The position numbers and the translations under genes are program-made. 64,000 bases of DNA. Origin: an uncultured Aliarcobacter sp. Its GTDB lineage: Bacteria > Campylobacterota > Campylobacteria > Campylobacterales > Arcobacteraceae. This document shows, piece after piece, positions 1 to 11,109 of this stretch. A model generated the notes under the pieces. The model made no database searches and was not told the origin of the DNA. It worked only from the letters and a program-made list of their open reading frames with translations. The stretch lies in the NCBI GenBank assembly GCA_963664305.2, contig CAXXLV010000002.1, forward strand, positions 1,632,001-1,696,000. Direction: 5' to 3'. Numbering within the stretch: the first letter of the stretch is position 1; every line of letters begins with the position of its first letter.

Positions 1-1893
1 AAAGCTACTTTAGAAAATTTAATATCTGAACTAAAAAATGACATCTCAAATAAAGAGATACTTGAAGAACTTTCAAATACAAAAAATTATCTAGATAATC
101 AAAAATTCTCAATCGGAATTACTGGTGTTATGAATGCTGGTAAATCTACAATGCTTAACGCTCTAATGGGAAGAGAAATTCTTGGAAGTGCAGTTGTTCC
201 AGAAACTGCAAACTTAACAATTGTAAAACACAATCCAACTGATACAGCAAAAGTTTATTATTGGAATCAACAAGAGTGGGATAGAATTGTAAAATCAGCA
301 GAACAACTTGAATCAATGAAAGATTTTGTTAATGAAACAAATAAAATCTTTGGAGAGAATTTAAAAAACTATATAAGACCTGTTTCGAGATTTGATGAAG
401 TTGATATTAAAGATTTATCTTCATATACTTCAGCAGAAGCTAGCGGAAAAAAATGTAATCTTGTAAAATATGTAGAATTAGGTTCTCAACTTGATTTCTT
501 AAGTGATGGAATTGAAATAGTTGACACACCAGGACTTGATGACCCTGTTATTCAAAGAGAAGAGATAACAAAAGAGTATATCAGTCAATGTGATATGATG
601 TTACACCTAATGAATGTATCTCAAAGTGCAACTCTAAAAGATGTTGATTTTATCATTGATGCTGTTTTATATCAAAATATTTCAAAACTTTTAATTGTAA
701 TTACACGTGCAGATACAGTTACAAAAGAACAACTTGATGAAGTTATTAAATATACTAAATCATCAATTGAAAAACAGTTAAAAGCTCAAAATAAAGATTC
801 TCAATTAGATTACATATTAAAAACTATTAAATTCATTCCTATTTCTGGAAGAATGGCTCTATTACATAGAACTGGTCGAGCACAAGAGGCATTAGATGCT
901 GGATTTACTTTAGAGCAAACTGGTATTTTAGAAATTGAAAAATATTTAACTGAAACACTTTTTGGAACAAATTCTCAAAAAGGTGAACTTGTAATTCAAT
1001 CTTCTAAAAATCAATTACAAAAAATTATTGAGAAACAAACATCTTTTTACAACTATGAATTAAAACTTTTATCAAAATCAAAAGATGAATTAGAAAAAGA
1101 GCTAGAAGAGTTTAACAAGAAAAAAGCTGTAAATACAAGAATTTTCCAAGCAATGAGTGAAGATATTAATTTCTATAAAAATGATGCAAAATCATATATT
1201 GACTCACTTGAAACTTTTTTACAAAGTGAATTAATTGACTTACAAACAGTTATAAAACAAAGAGTTGTAAGTGATGTTAGATACTCTTTTGAAAAAACTA
1301 AAAAAAGACCAGAAAATAGTAGAATCAAAGTTATTGTTGAAACAGCAATAAAAGATGGAATTATTGATGTAATTAGAGATTATAGATATAAATTTATCAA
1401 AAAATCTCAAACTATTGGTGAGCAATGTGAACAAAAATACCATGATATGGGATTTACAATTGGTCATAAGAATGAGAACTTTGATGCAAGAGGATTTTTC
1501 CAAGATGACTTCAAATCAGGATTTTTAACTTCAAATAATGAAGTTTTAATTTCTCAAATAACTGAAGCTGTTTCAAAATCAAAAGAATCAAAAATAAATG
1601 AATTAGATAGAGAAATTGAAGGATTAATTTCAAATCAATTTACTTCTATTGAAGAAGATATAAAATCAAAAGCTAAAAAAGTTAGTACATTACTGATTGA
1701 TTCTTTCTTCAAAACTTTAAATGCTCCATTAAAATCATTTGAACAAAAACTTAAAAATGATGAAGAAACACTTCAAAATCAAATCAATTCATTTGAAGAA
1801 AATGACAAAAATAGAGCTCAATTATCAATTGATATACATAAAAACATTAAAAAACTTGAAAATATTTCAACAACTATTAAAGGATTATACTAA
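1..1893 (+). CDS. Dynamin-like GTPase (DLP1-type), 5' end lies before the window
   Basis: The frame is open from base 1 (KATLENL...FSIGITGVMNAGKST). P-loop GVMNAGKST, DTPG and TRAD G-motifs, followed by a long helical C-terminus. Confidence 0.85.
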   Translation, partial: KATLENLISELKNDISNKEILEELSNTKNYLDNQKFSIGITGVMNAGKSTMLNALMGREILGSAVVPETANLTIVKHNPTDTAKVYYWNQQEWDRIVKSAEQLESMKDFVNETNKIFGENLKNYIRPVSRFDEVDIKDLSSYTSAEASGKKCNLVKYVELGSQLDFLSDGIEIVDTPGLDDPVIQREEITKEYISQCDMMLHLMNVSQSATLKDVDFIIDAVLYQNISKLLIVITRADTVTKEQLDEVIKYTKSSIEKQLKAQNKDSQLDYILKTIKFIPISGRMALLHRTGRAQEALDAGFTLEQTGILEIEKYLTETLFGTNSQKGELVIQSSKNQLQKIIEKQTSFYNYELKLLSKSKDELEKELEEFNKKKAVNTRIFQAMSEDINFYKNDAKSYIDSLETFLQSELIDLQTVIKQRVVSDVRYSFEKTKKRPENSRIKVIVETAIKDGIIDVIRDYRYKFIKKSQTIGEQCEQKYHDMGFTIGHKNENFDARGFFQDDFKSGFLTSNNEVLISQITEAVSKSKESKINELDREIEGLISNQFTSIEEDIKSKAKKVSTLLIDSFFKTLNAPLKSFEQKLKNDEETLQNQINSFEENDKNRAQLSIDIHKNIKKLENISTTIKGLY

Positions 1894-3917
1894 TGAGTGC
1901 AAATCTAAATATCCTAAAAAGTTTTATTAACGAATACAAAGAAACATATAATATTGAAGAAATTGTTTATGATGAAGGTTTAGTAGGAGATATAAAAAAA
2001 GTTCAAGATAAACTTCTTGATGAAAAGTTTTTTCCATCAAACCAACTAAAAAATATTTTAAATAAACAAATTAGACGTGCACGTTATCCTATGGAAGTTG
2101 CAATTACTGGACAATTTTCTGCTGGTAAATCAACATTTTTAAATGCCCTTCTTTCAAGAAATATTTTACCAACAGGAATTACACCAGTTACTTCAAAAGT
2201 AAACTTTATAAATTATGGTGAAGAGTATAAACTAAAAATCACTTATCATTCAGGAGCTCAAGAGTTTGCTCCAATTGAATCAATAGCTGATTTTACAGAC
2301 CAAAGAGAACATGAGATGAAAGATATAAAATATCTTACACTTTATGCACCTATGGAAATTTTAAAAGATATCTCTTTTGTAGATACGCCAGGTCTTAACT
2401 CTCAATCTCAAAGTGATACAGAAACAACAAGAAAAGTTTTAAGAGATGTGGGTGGTATTATTTGGTTAACGCTTATTGATAATGCAGGAAAACTATCTGA
2501 AGCTGAAGTTTTAGAAGAGTATATGCAACACTTTAAAAATAAATCTTTATGTGTTTTAAATCAAAAAGATAAATTAACTCCAGAACAAGTTGAAACTACA
2601 ACAAAATATGTAAGTGAAAAATTCTCAAAATTCTTTGCTAAGGTTGTTCCAATTTCTGCAAGGATGGCACTTGAATCAAGAGCTCAACACAAAGATATTT
2701 TAATTGAAGATGAATATACAAAAATTGTAAGTCAATTTAAAAAAGATTTACTTGAAAAAAATGTTGATGATTTAGATTTCTTTGAAAATAGTTTTAAAGA
2801 GTACAAAAATAAAATTCACTCTATTCAAAACTCAGATGCAACAACAAATACAAAACTTTTAGAAGAATCAAATATTCAAGATGTATTAGATTTTATAAAT
2901 GACACAATTAGACCACAAGCAGCAGAAGCTAAAGAGTTTGCTATTAAAAAAGATTTAAAAGGTATTTGTGAAATTTTAGTAAAAGAGTATGAAACAATAA
3001 CTAAAGTTTACGATGCATTGATTGAAGTTTTAAAATCATGTGAACCAAAAGTAATTGAACATTTTGAAAATATTCATAAAAGATACTCTAAAGAACTATT
3101 TAATATCTATAACTCTTTAGAATCAATCATGGAAAAAATTGCCCATGAAACATATAAAAATATTAAAAAAAGAAAAGCTTTTAGATTTGAAGAATCGAAA
3201 GGTTTTTTAGGTGAAAAAATAGAAAAATTTGCTTATGAAACTTTCTGGATTGATTCAGACGCAGTTTATAAATCTTTATTTTATGATGACCAAACTGTAG
3301 ATAAAATGTTTAAAAGATCAATAAAACTTCTTAAAAATATCGAATTAAATACAGATGATGCCTTTAGAGAAGGTTATAATCTGATAAAAAATGAGGTTTC
3401 AAAATGGCAAGAGCCTTATGAATTAATTAGAAAACACAGAGAAATTGCATCTGATTTTGAATTTTCAAACACAAGACACTTTGCTGCTAAAGTACATGAA
3501 AATGTTTTAAAAGCTTATCAAACTGCAATTTTAGAAAATATTTCAGCTTTAAGAAAAAAATTCGCATACTTTAATGGAGCTTTATCATATTCATATATTC
3601 AAACAACTCAAGCAACTATTGCTCACTTTGAACAACAAATACATGAATCAGAAGAGTTATATAAAAAAGAGCCTTCAAGATTTTCGATTTCACATCCAAG
3701 AGAAGATGAAATTGTTGCAAAATTAAAAGCGAACTTTGGATTTGAGAAAATTGAAGATTTCTTAACTTCAAAAAGAAACTACTTATTTAAAATCATCAAG
3801 TATTCAAAAGAGCAATATCTTGAAATAAATGAAGATAGAATCAAATTTGTAACATCAAGAAAAGAACAATATCTTGATAAAATAAAAGATTTAGAGAAAA
3901 TAAAAGAGGAAATTTAA
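1893..3917 (+). CDS. Dynamin-like GTPase (DLP2-type)
   Basis: GQFSAGKST, LPTGITPVT, DTPG and NQKD motifs; TAATG overlap with the upstream DLP gene. Confidence 0.85.
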   Translation: MSANLNILKSFINEYKETYNIEEIVYDEGLVGDIKKVQDKLLDEKFFPSNQLKNILNKQIRRARYPMEVAITGQFSAGKSTFLNALLSRNILPTGITPVTSKVNFINYGEEYKLKITYHSGAQEFAPIESIADFTDQREHEMKDIKYLTLYAPMEILKDISFVDTPGLNSQSQSDTETTRKVLRDVGGIIWLTLIDNAGKLSEAEVLEEYMQHFKNKSLCVLNQKDKLTPEQVETTTKYVSEKFSKFFAKVVPISARMALESRAQHKDILIEDEYTKIVSQFKKDLLEKNVDDLDFFENSFKEYKNKIHSIQNSDATTNTKLLEESNIQDVLDFINDTIRPQAAEAKEFAIKKDLKGICEILVKEYETITKVYDALIEVLKSCEPKVIEHFENIHKRYSKELFNIYNSLESIMEKIAHETYKNIKKRKAFRFEESKGFLGEKIEKFAYETFWIDSDAVYKSLFYDDQTVDKMFKRSIKLLKNIELNTDDAFREGYNLIKNEVSKWQEPYELIRKHREIASDFEFSNTRHFAAKVHENVLKAYQTAILENISALRKKFAYFNGALSYSYIQTTQATIAHFEQQIHESEELYKKEPSRFSISHPREDEIVAKLKANFGFEKIEDFLTSKRNYLFKIIKYSKEQYLEINEDRIKFVTSRKEQYLDKIKDLEKIKEEI

Positions 3918-3926
3918 TCCTCTTTT

Positions 3927-4418
3927 ATGAAATATTTAAGCCACTATCCAAAAGATTTACAAGATAAAATTAAAGTCTTAATTGATAAAGAAAAACTATC
4001 TTCTTATATAAAAACAAAATATCCTACAGCACATACATATACAAATGACAAAGCTTTATACTCATATGTAATGGATTTTAAAAATGAATATTTTAAAAAA
4101 TACCAAGTTTCAAAAGTTATGTATGATGGAAAAATAAATGTTATAAACAATGCTTTAGGAATGCACTCTATAGTTTCAAGAGTTCAAGGCTCAAAACTAA
4201 AATCAAAAAATGAGATAAGAGTTGCAAGTGTGTTTAAAAATATGCCTGAAGAATTTTTACAAATGATAGTTGTACATGAACTTGCACACTTTAAAGAAAG
4301 AGAACATGATAAAGCTTTTTATAATCTTTGTACTTTTGTAATGCCCTCTTATCATCAAGTTGAATTTGATTTAAGAGTCTATTTGACTCACATAGATTTA
4401 CTAGGAAAACTCTACTAA
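3927..4418 (+). CDS. YgjP/DUF45-like zinc metallohydrolase
   Basis: IVVHELAHFKEREHDKAFY (HExxH) and the YgjP-like start MKYLSHYP. Confidence 0.75.
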   Translation: MKYLSHYPKDLQDKIKVLIDKEKLSSYIKTKYPTAHTYTNDKALYSYVMDFKNEYFKKYQVSKVMYDGKINVINNALGMHSIVSRVQGSKLKSKNEIRVASVFKNMPEEFLQMIVVHELAHFKEREHDKAFYNLCTFVMPSYHQVEFDLRVYLTHIDLLGKLY

Positions 4419-4493
4419 AAAATTATTTTTTAATGCTTTTTTGTTGCGATACTTTAATGCTAGAATTTTCTAGAAATTTTAAAGGAGTTACAA

Positions 4494-5606
4494 ATGAGTA
4501 AATTTTTATATATTACAGATCAAGATGAATACGCTGATCATAGTTTCATAGGTCCACTATTTCAAAAATATTTAACAAAACATTTTGATATAAATACTAC
4601 ATTTTTTTCAAATACAAAAAAAGAGATAGAGTTTGAAGAAAAAGGAAGAATTATTATTCCTAAAAAGTTTCAAAATAATATTTTAGAAGAGTTAGAAAAA
4701 GCACAAATAAATCTAAATGAATTTCAGTTTGTTGTAATTAGAAATAATATCGAATTGTTAAAAGAAGTTTTAGATAAAAAACAAAATTACAACTTCAAAG
4801 TTGGATTTAGACTCTCTTTTCCAAAACGAATTGCAAAACTTCAAACAGATGAAGCAAATAATAAAAAATCATTATTTGATGCAATTACAAATAAAATAAA
4901 AACATATTCAGAAATAAATCTAATAAATAAATGTGATATATTTTTGCCAACTTCTTTTCAAATGAAAAATGACTATTTTAAAGATGTAAAAACAAGAAGT
5001 TTTGTAATTCCATCTGCAATTGACCCTGAAAATTTGCATGAAAACATTCATCATTTAGGTGAAGAAAAAAGATTTTTTTATGCAGGAACTCTTGATAAGT
5101 TAAGAGAATTTGAAACTATTTTAGAAGCATTTAGTAATATAAATAGTTCAAATTACAAATTAATGATCTCTACAAAAGACCCAGAATATTTAGATGATTT
5201 ATTAGAAAAATTTGACAATATAAAAGAAAATATTGAAGTATATAATACAAGTAATAGAAATGACCTTCTTGATTTGATTGCAAAGGCAGATATTGGACTT
5301 GCAGTTCTTCCAAATATTGCACTATTTAACTCTTCAACTCCAATGAAAGTTTTAGATTACTACTCAAGTGCAATTCCTTGTATTATGAGTAATAATGAAA
5401 ATAATGCTTCAATTTTTGAAGACAATGTTAGTGCTTGGTTTACAGATTTTGATAAAGAATCTATCAAAAACAAACTTGAATATATTATCTCTTTATCAAA
5501 AGATGAAGTAACACAAGTTGGAATTAATGGTCAAAATAGATTATTGTCTGTTAGAAATTATGAAAGAATAGCAGCTGATTTAGCTCACCAACTAAATATT
5601 TTATAA
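4494..5606 (+). CDS. Glycosyltransferase family 4 (GT-B)
   Basis: YAGTL..., ADIGL, STPMKVLDYYSSAIPCI motif typical of the GT4 C-terminal domain. Confidence 0.75.
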   Translation: MSKFLYITDQDEYADHSFIGPLFQKYLTKHFDINTTFFSNTKKEIEFEEKGRIIIPKKFQNNILEELEKAQINLNEFQFVVIRNNIELLKEVLDKKQNYNFKVGFRLSFPKRIAKLQTDEANNKKSLFDAITNKIKTYSEINLINKCDIFLPTSFQMKNDYFKDVKTRSFVIPSAIDPENLHENIHHLGEEKRFFYAGTLDKLREFETILEAFSNINSSNYKLMISTKDPEYLDDLLEKFDNIKENIEVYNTSNRNDLLDLIAKADIGLAVLPNIALFNSSTPMKVLDYYSSAIPCIMSNNENNASIFEDNVSAWFTDFDKESIKNKLEYIISLSKDEVTQVGINGQNRLLSVRNYERIAADLAHQLNIL

Positions 5607-5625
5607 GAAGATTTTCTTCTTATAA
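5601..5625. terminator. Hairpin at the 3' end of the glycosyltransferase gene
   Basis: ttataagaaga-ttt-tcttcttataa, an 11-bp inverted repeat. Confidence 0.45.
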
Positions 5626-5704
5626 ATCTATCTTGATTCAAATCATTTATATACTTCAAACTTTTAGATAACATCACTTTTATTTTAAATTATAAAGTTT
5701 GTAA

Positions 5705-6268
5705 ATGCAAAAATTTTTTAAACAATTCAAAAAAATAAACTCTGAACCTATGGAAAAATCGAACCTTATTTGGTCATGGATTGGTTCATTTATAGGAATT
5801 CTAGCTATCTCTTTTTTTCATCGTGATATTTTAGATGATAAAGATTTAACTTTAGTTATTGGCTCTTTTGGTGCAAGTGCTGTTTTGGTTTATGGAGCTG
5901 TTAATTCTCCTTTGGCACAACCAAGAAATCTAATAGGTGGACATATTTTATCAGCGATTATTGGAGTAATATCATTTAAACTTTTTTCACAAAATCTATT
6001 GTTTGCTTCTGCATTTGCTGTTGCAACTTCTATTTTGATTATGCAATTAACCCTAACATTACATCCACCAGGAGGTGCAACTGCTTTAATTGCAGTTATT
6101 GGAAGTGAAAAAATTCATAGTTTGGGATTTTTATATGTTTTATATCCTGTAACAACAGGTGCTTTTCTTTTATTAATTATTGCTCTTGTTGTAAACAATA
6201 TTCCAAAACATAGATATTATCCTGAATCTTTAAAAGATTACAATAAAAAATGGTTTAGCGATGAATAA
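5705..6268 (+). CDS. HPP family membrane protein
   Basis: SFGASAVLVYG...SPLAQPRN and LHPPGGATAL motifs. Confidence 0.9.
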   Translation: MQKFFKQFKKINSEPMEKSNLIWSWIGSFIGILAISFFHRDILDDKDLTLVIGSFGASAVLVYGAVNSPLAQPRNLIGGHILSAIIGVISFKLFSQNLLFASAFAVATSILIMQLTLTLHPPGGATALIAVIGSEKIHSLGFLYVLYPVTTGAFLLLIIALVVNNIPKHRYYPESLKDYNKKWFSDE

Positions 6269-6435
6269 AATTCCCAAAGGAATAGAAGATGTATTAAGCA
6301 TAATATATCTATCAAAAAGGATTTATTATGTTAAATTATTTAAAAAAAGCCCTATCAGGAATTTTTGTTTCAAAATCAAAAAGTATTTATATCTACAACA
6401 AAAAGAGTTTTACAAACTAGTTGTAAAATTCTTCT

Positions 6436-8616
6436 CTATATTTTTTTTAGTTTTAATCTCAAAGAGTTTAATACAACTGTTACAGAAGAAAAACTCATAG
6501 CAATTCCAGCGTACATTGGACTTAGCATCACTCCAAATATTGGATAAAATAATCCAGCTGCTAAGGGAATTCCAGCAGCATTATAAATAAATGCCCAAAA
6601 TAGATTTTGTTTTATGATTTTCATTGATTCAATTGATAAATTAATACTTTTTAAAACAGCACTTAACTCGTTGTTAATAAGTATTATATCTCCTGCATCT
6701 TTAGTTATATCCGAACCAGAATTTAGTGTAATTCCAATATCTGCTTGTTTGATTGAAGGTGAATCATTTATTCCATCTCCCACAAACATAACCTTTGCCT
6801 CTTTTTGAAGTTCCATAATTACTTTATATTTTTCAGCAGGAAGAACTTGAGCATATACTTTTTCTATTCCTAATTTTTGAGCTACACTATTTGCTGTAGT
6901 TTTATTGTCACCTGTTAATAAAATAGGTGTTATCTCTTTTAGTTTTAAATTCTCTATTAACTCTTTAGCACCCTCTTTTATCGTATCTGCCAAGGCAAAA
7001 ACTGCAACGCATTTTTTATCAAAAGAAGTTAGGATAACTCCACTTCCTTCCTCTAGTGATTTATTGTAAAACTCTAAATATTTATTTTCTAATAAAACTT
7101 CATTTTTTTCTAAAAAATCAAGATTCCCAATCAATACTTTTTTATCTTCGAAGTCTGCACTTATTCCTTTTCCTGCTATGATTTGAATATTTGTAAATAT
7201 TTTGTCACAAGCTAGATTTTTTGCTTTTACAAAATTTACAACTGCTTTTGAAATAGGATGTTCACTTTGTGTTTCAAGTGAAGCTAATACCTCAAGATAT
7301 TTTTCTTCATACAAAGCATCTTTAACACTTATAATTCCTGTTGTTAAAGTTCCAGTTTTATCAAAAACTGCATATTTTATATCTTTTATAAGTTCAAGTA
7401 TTTCTGGATTTTTTATCAAAATTCCCTCACGTGCACCTTTTCCAACGGAACTAACTATTGCAATTGGAGTTGCTAAACCTAAAGCACAAGGGCAAGAGAT
7501 AATCAAAACAGAAATAGAAGCTAAAATAGCATCTAAGGCATCACCTAAAATAAAAAACCAAATCAAAAAAGTAACAATGGAAATAACTATAACAGTTGGC
7601 ACAAAAATATTTGCAACCTTATCCGCAAATCTACTAATTGGAAGTTTTTTACTTTGAGCTGTACTTAAAAGAGCAACTATTTTAGAAAGAGTTGTATCTT
7701 TTGACTCTTTTAAAACTTCAACTTCAATAACACCCGAAGTATTTAAAGTTCCAGCTATTACCTCATCACCTATTGTCTTATATACAGGCATTGATTCACC
7801 AGTAAGCATAGAAGTATCAATATCTGCACTTCCTTTTTTTATGATTGCATCTGTTGATATTTTTTCTCCTGATTTTATAAGAACTTTATCTCCAACTTTT
7901 AACTGTGTTGCTAAAATAGTTTTATATGTTCCATCTTCACAAATCAAAGTTGCATTCAAAGGAGCTAAATCCATCAATTTTTTTAAAAAATCTGTTGCTT
8001 TTGCTTTTGAACGCTCTTCAAGTAATCGCCCTAAAAGTATAAAAGTGATAATCACAACCGCACCATCAAAATATAAAAATCTTAAATGCTCAGGGAATAA
8101 AGAGGGAAATAAAACTACAAAAACAGAATAAAAATATGCAGCACTAGTTCCAAGAGCAACTAAAACATTCATATCATAATTTTTATTACTAACTGCCTTG
8201 TATGCCAAAATATAAAATCTTGCTCCTGCATAAAATTGAACAATCGAAGCTAAAAAAAACATCAGATATTGATTTGTTTGCATATTTTTTAGAGGAAAAA
8301 ACATAAAATAAAACATAAGTGCTGCAATACTAACACTAAGAATAAAAACTCTTTTTAGTTCGTTATATGCTTTTAGTTTACTCTTTTCCAAAGCTTCTAA
8401 ATCTTCTTCGACTGTATAACCTAGCTTTTCTATTTTATTGATTAGACTTTGTTTATCTAAAAAATTTGTGTCTATATAAAATTCGCCTTCATTTGAAGCA
8501 AAACTAACTTTTGAAGATTCTAAACCTTTCATCTTTGAAACGGCTCGTTCAATTCCATTTGAACAATTTACACAAGTCATTCCAGAAATATTTAATTTGA
8601 TTTTTTCTTTTGACAT
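6436..8616 (-). CDS. copA: Copper-translocating P1B-type ATPase
   Basis: GMTCVNC HMA domain, TGES, CPCALGLATP, DKTGTLT, SEHP, GDGIND, YN and MSFSS copper-type motifs. Confidence 0.93.
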   Translation of the reverse strand: MSKEKIKLNISGMTCVNCSNGIERAVSKMKGLESSKVSFASNEGEFYIDTNFLDKQSLINKIEKLGYTVEEDLEALEKSKLKAYNELKRVFILSVSIAALMFYFMFFPLKNMQTNQYLMFFLASIVQFYAGARFYILAYKAVSNKNYDMNVLVALGTSAAYFYSVFVVLFPSLFPEHLRFLYFDGAVVIITFILLGRLLEERSKAKATDFLKKLMDLAPLNATLICEDGTYKTILATQLKVGDKVLIKSGEKISTDAIIKKGSADIDTSMLTGESMPVYKTIGDEVIAGTLNTSGVIEVEVLKESKDTTLSKIVALLSTAQSKKLPISRFADKVANIFVPTVIVISIVTFLIWFFILGDALDAILASISVLIISCPCALGLATPIAIVSSVGKGAREGILIKNPEILELIKDIKYAVFDKTGTLTTGIISVKDALYEEKYLEVLASLETQSEHPISKAVVNFVKAKNLACDKIFTNIQIIAGKGISADFEDKKVLIGNLDFLEKNEVLLENKYLEFYNKSLEEGSGVILTSFDKKCVAVFALADTIKEGAKELIENLKLKEITPILLTGDNKTTANSVAQKLGIEKVYAQVLPAEKYKVIMELQKEAKVMFVGDGINDSPSIKQADIGITLNSGSDITKDAGDIILINNELSAVLKSINLSIESMKIIKQNLFWAFIYNAAGIPLAAGLFYPIFGVMLSPMYAGIAMSFSSVTVVLNSLRLKLKKI

Positions 8617-8668
8617 TGTTATTCCTTTGTGATTCTTTTAATCACTAATAAAAAAAAATTATAAATTT

Positions 8669-8875
8669 TTACTCTTCTATAATTTCAAATCCTAAAGATG
8701 CCATCTCTTCTTTAAAAATAAGTTCTTGTTTTTCATCTGAAATTTCTACACTAACTTCTTTTGGATTAGTTTCTAAATTCACATCAATTGTTCCAAAATC
8801 ATCTTCTAGTGAACCTTTAATCAAATTTGCACAACTATTACAAGATATATTTTTAGCTTTAAATGTCTTTTTCAT
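8669..8875 (-). CDS. copZ: HMA-domain copper chaperone (CopZ-like)
   Basis: ISCNSC metal-binding motif; 68 aa; directly upstream of copA. Confidence 0.75.
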   Translation of the reverse strand: MKKTFKAKNISCNSCANLIKGSLEDDFGTIDVNLETNPKEVSVEISDEKQELIFKEEMASLGFEIIEE

Positions 8876-8934
8876 CTTAACTCCAAATTTTTTATTATTT
8901 TAGTAGTTCATTCTAGCACTTATGAGATATATTA

Positions 8935-11064
8935 TCAATTATCTTTCGTTTCATTTGATAAATATTCATACAAATACAAATATTGTCTTAACTCTTTTAG
9001 GCTTTCAAGTTTAATTCCCTCTTCTATCCAAGCTTTAATATTTGAAGGAATTTCAAGTGGTTTTAATAACTCCTCTTTCTTCTTTTTTGAAATTTTTTCA
9101 TGTTCTGCTAATACTGAAATATGACCCAGAATTGAAGTTAATCCTAAATCTCTAATTTGTGCAATTTCTTCTACACTTTTTCCTTCATTTAAAAGTTCAT
9201 AAGTTTCAAGATATGTTTTTGTGAGTTTCTTTAATGGCTCTTTATTTTGTAATTTTTCTTTGTATTCTTCTTTTATCTCTTTAGATAAATTTAAAAAATC
9301 TTCTCCATATTTTTCATACTTTACAAGACCAACACCATTTATATTTAACATATCATCTTTTGTTATTGGAAGTTTTAAAGCAAACTCTTTTAAAGTCTTA
9401 TCACCAAAAATAACATAAGCTGGAACTTCATGTTCTAATGCAATCTCTTTTCGTAAAGTTCTAAATCTTTCGTAAATCAACTCATCAAAACTCAGTTCTG
9501 TTTCTTCCTCTTGGATTTTTGAAGCTACACCTAATTTATCACTATCTATAAAAAGTTTCTCTTTTCCTTTTAATATTTCTAATCCTAAAGAGCTTATTTT
9601 CAAAGCTCGAAATTCCCCTAAATTTAAAGCTTCTATATCTATTAATTTATCAGCAATTGCTATCCATTCATTTTTACTTTTATCAATTCCTAGATTATAA
9701 ACACTTAATTTATCATGTTCTAACTCTAAAAGTTTTTGATTTTTTGAACCCCTTAAAATATCTATGATGTGATTTAGTCCAAATCTTTGTTCACTTCTAT
9801 AAATAGCACTTAAAAGTTTTTGAGCATCAACACTTACATCTACAAGTTCAACTTCACCTTTTGTACAGTTATCACATAGAGTTTTACAAGCTTCAATCTC
9901 ATCTTCAAAATAACCTGCAATCATTTTATGACGACAATTATTACTCACACAATACCTATACATAAATTCCAATTTATCAAGGGCAGTTTGTTTGTATTCA
10001 TCATCAATAGCTTCTTCGATTTGTATTTTTCTTTTTACCTCATCACTTTTTGAATAAAGCATATAAACATAAGACATTTCACCATCACGCCCTGCCCGAC
10101 CGATTTCTTGATAGTAATTTTCAAGGGTTTTAGGTAAACTTGTATGTATTACAAAACGAATATTTGATTTATCAATTCCCATTCCAAAAGCGATGGTTGC
10201 TACTACAATATCTATTTTTTCATATACAAAATCATTAAAAACTTCATTTTTTCTGTCACTACTAAGCCCTGCATGATAGGCTTTTGCACTATATCCATTT
10301 TCACTCAAAAACTCTGCTGTTGATTCTGCTTCTTTTCTTGTAAAAGTGTAGATGATTCCACATAAACCTTTGTGAGTTTTTAAGAAGTTTAGTATTTGAG
10401 TTTTTCCGTTTGCTATTCGTGGTTCTACTTTTATATCAAGATTATCTCTTACAGTTTTTGCTCTAAAATGTTTTGGATTTTGTAAATTCAAAGATGAAGC
10501 AATATCAGCTTCAACTTTTTTTGTAGCAGTTGCAGTAAATGCACAAATTGAAGTATTTGGGAAAAATCTTTTTAGTCTATCAAGATTTCTATACTCAGCT
10601 CTAAACTCATGTCCCCAAGCAGATACACAATGGGCTTCATCTATTACAAAATAGTTTATATTTATTCGCTGTAAAACTGCTACGAATTCATTTGAAGTAA
10701 ATCTTTCAGGTGCAACATAGATAAATTTTAACTCCCCATTTAAAAGCTTTAGAAGAGTAAAACTATTTTCATCATTTGAAGTTGCTGAACTAATCATATC
10801 TGCACTAATATTTAAATCATTCAGAGCTTTTATCTGGTCTTGCATAAGTGCAATAAGAGGAGAAATTACAACAGTAGTTCCTTCCATAAGAAGAGTTGGA
10901 AGTTGATAACAAAGTGATTTTCCTCCACCTGTTGGCAAAATTGTCAAAACATCTTGTTTTGCAAGAATTGTATCAACAACTTCTTCTTGGAAAGAACGAA
11001 AAGTATCGTGTCCGAAAATATCTTTTAGTATTTGGTATTTTTTATTCATTTTGGATGGTAACAT
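8935..11064 (-). CDS. recQ: ATP-dependent DNA helicase RecQ (start may be the ATG at 11049)
   Basis: PTGGGKSLCYQ, DEAHCVSAWGHEFR, QEIGRAGRDG, plus RQC and HRDC (VPAYVIFGDKTL) domains. Confidence 0.95.
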   Translation of the reverse strand: MLPSKMNKKYQILKDIFGHDTFRSFQEEVVDTILAKQDVLTILPTGGGKSLCYQLPTLLMEGTTVVISPLIALMQDQIKALNDLNISADMISSATSNDENSFTLLKLLNGELKFIYVAPERFTSNEFVAVLQRININYFVIDEAHCVSAWGHEFRAEYRNLDRLKRFFPNTSICAFTATATKKVEADIASSLNLQNPKHFRAKTVRDNLDIKVEPRIANGKTQILNFLKTHKGLCGIIYTFTRKEAESTAEFLSENGYSAKAYHAGLSSDRKNEVFNDFVYEKIDIVVATIAFGMGIDKSNIRFVIHTSLPKTLENYYQEIGRAGRDGEMSYVYMLYSKSDEVKRKIQIEEAIDDEYKQTALDKLEFMYRYCVSNNCRHKMIAGYFEDEIEACKTLCDNCTKGEVELVDVSVDAQKLLSAIYRSEQRFGLNHIIDILRGSKNQKLLELEHDKLSVYNLGIDKSKNEWIAIADKLIDIEALNLGEFRALKISSLGLEILKGKEKLFIDSDKLGVASKIQEEETELSFDELIYERFRTLRKEIALEHEVPAYVIFGDKTLKEFALKLPITKDDMLNINGVGLVKYEKYGEDFLNLSKEIKEEYKEKLQNKEPLKKLTKTYLETYELLNEGKSVEEIAQIRDLGLTSILGHISVLAEHEKISKKKKEELLKPLEIPSNIKAWIEEGIKLESLKELRQYLYLYEYLSNETKDN

Positions 11065-11109
11065 AGTTTGAATAAGGGGTTAGTAAAAGGTATTTAGTTA
11101 TATTTATAA

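Noticed and set aside
6261..6500. 79-aa ORF after the HPP gene
   Set aside because: It overlaps the copA 3' end by 65 nt on the opposite strand and has no recognisable motif; probably spurious, though not excluded.
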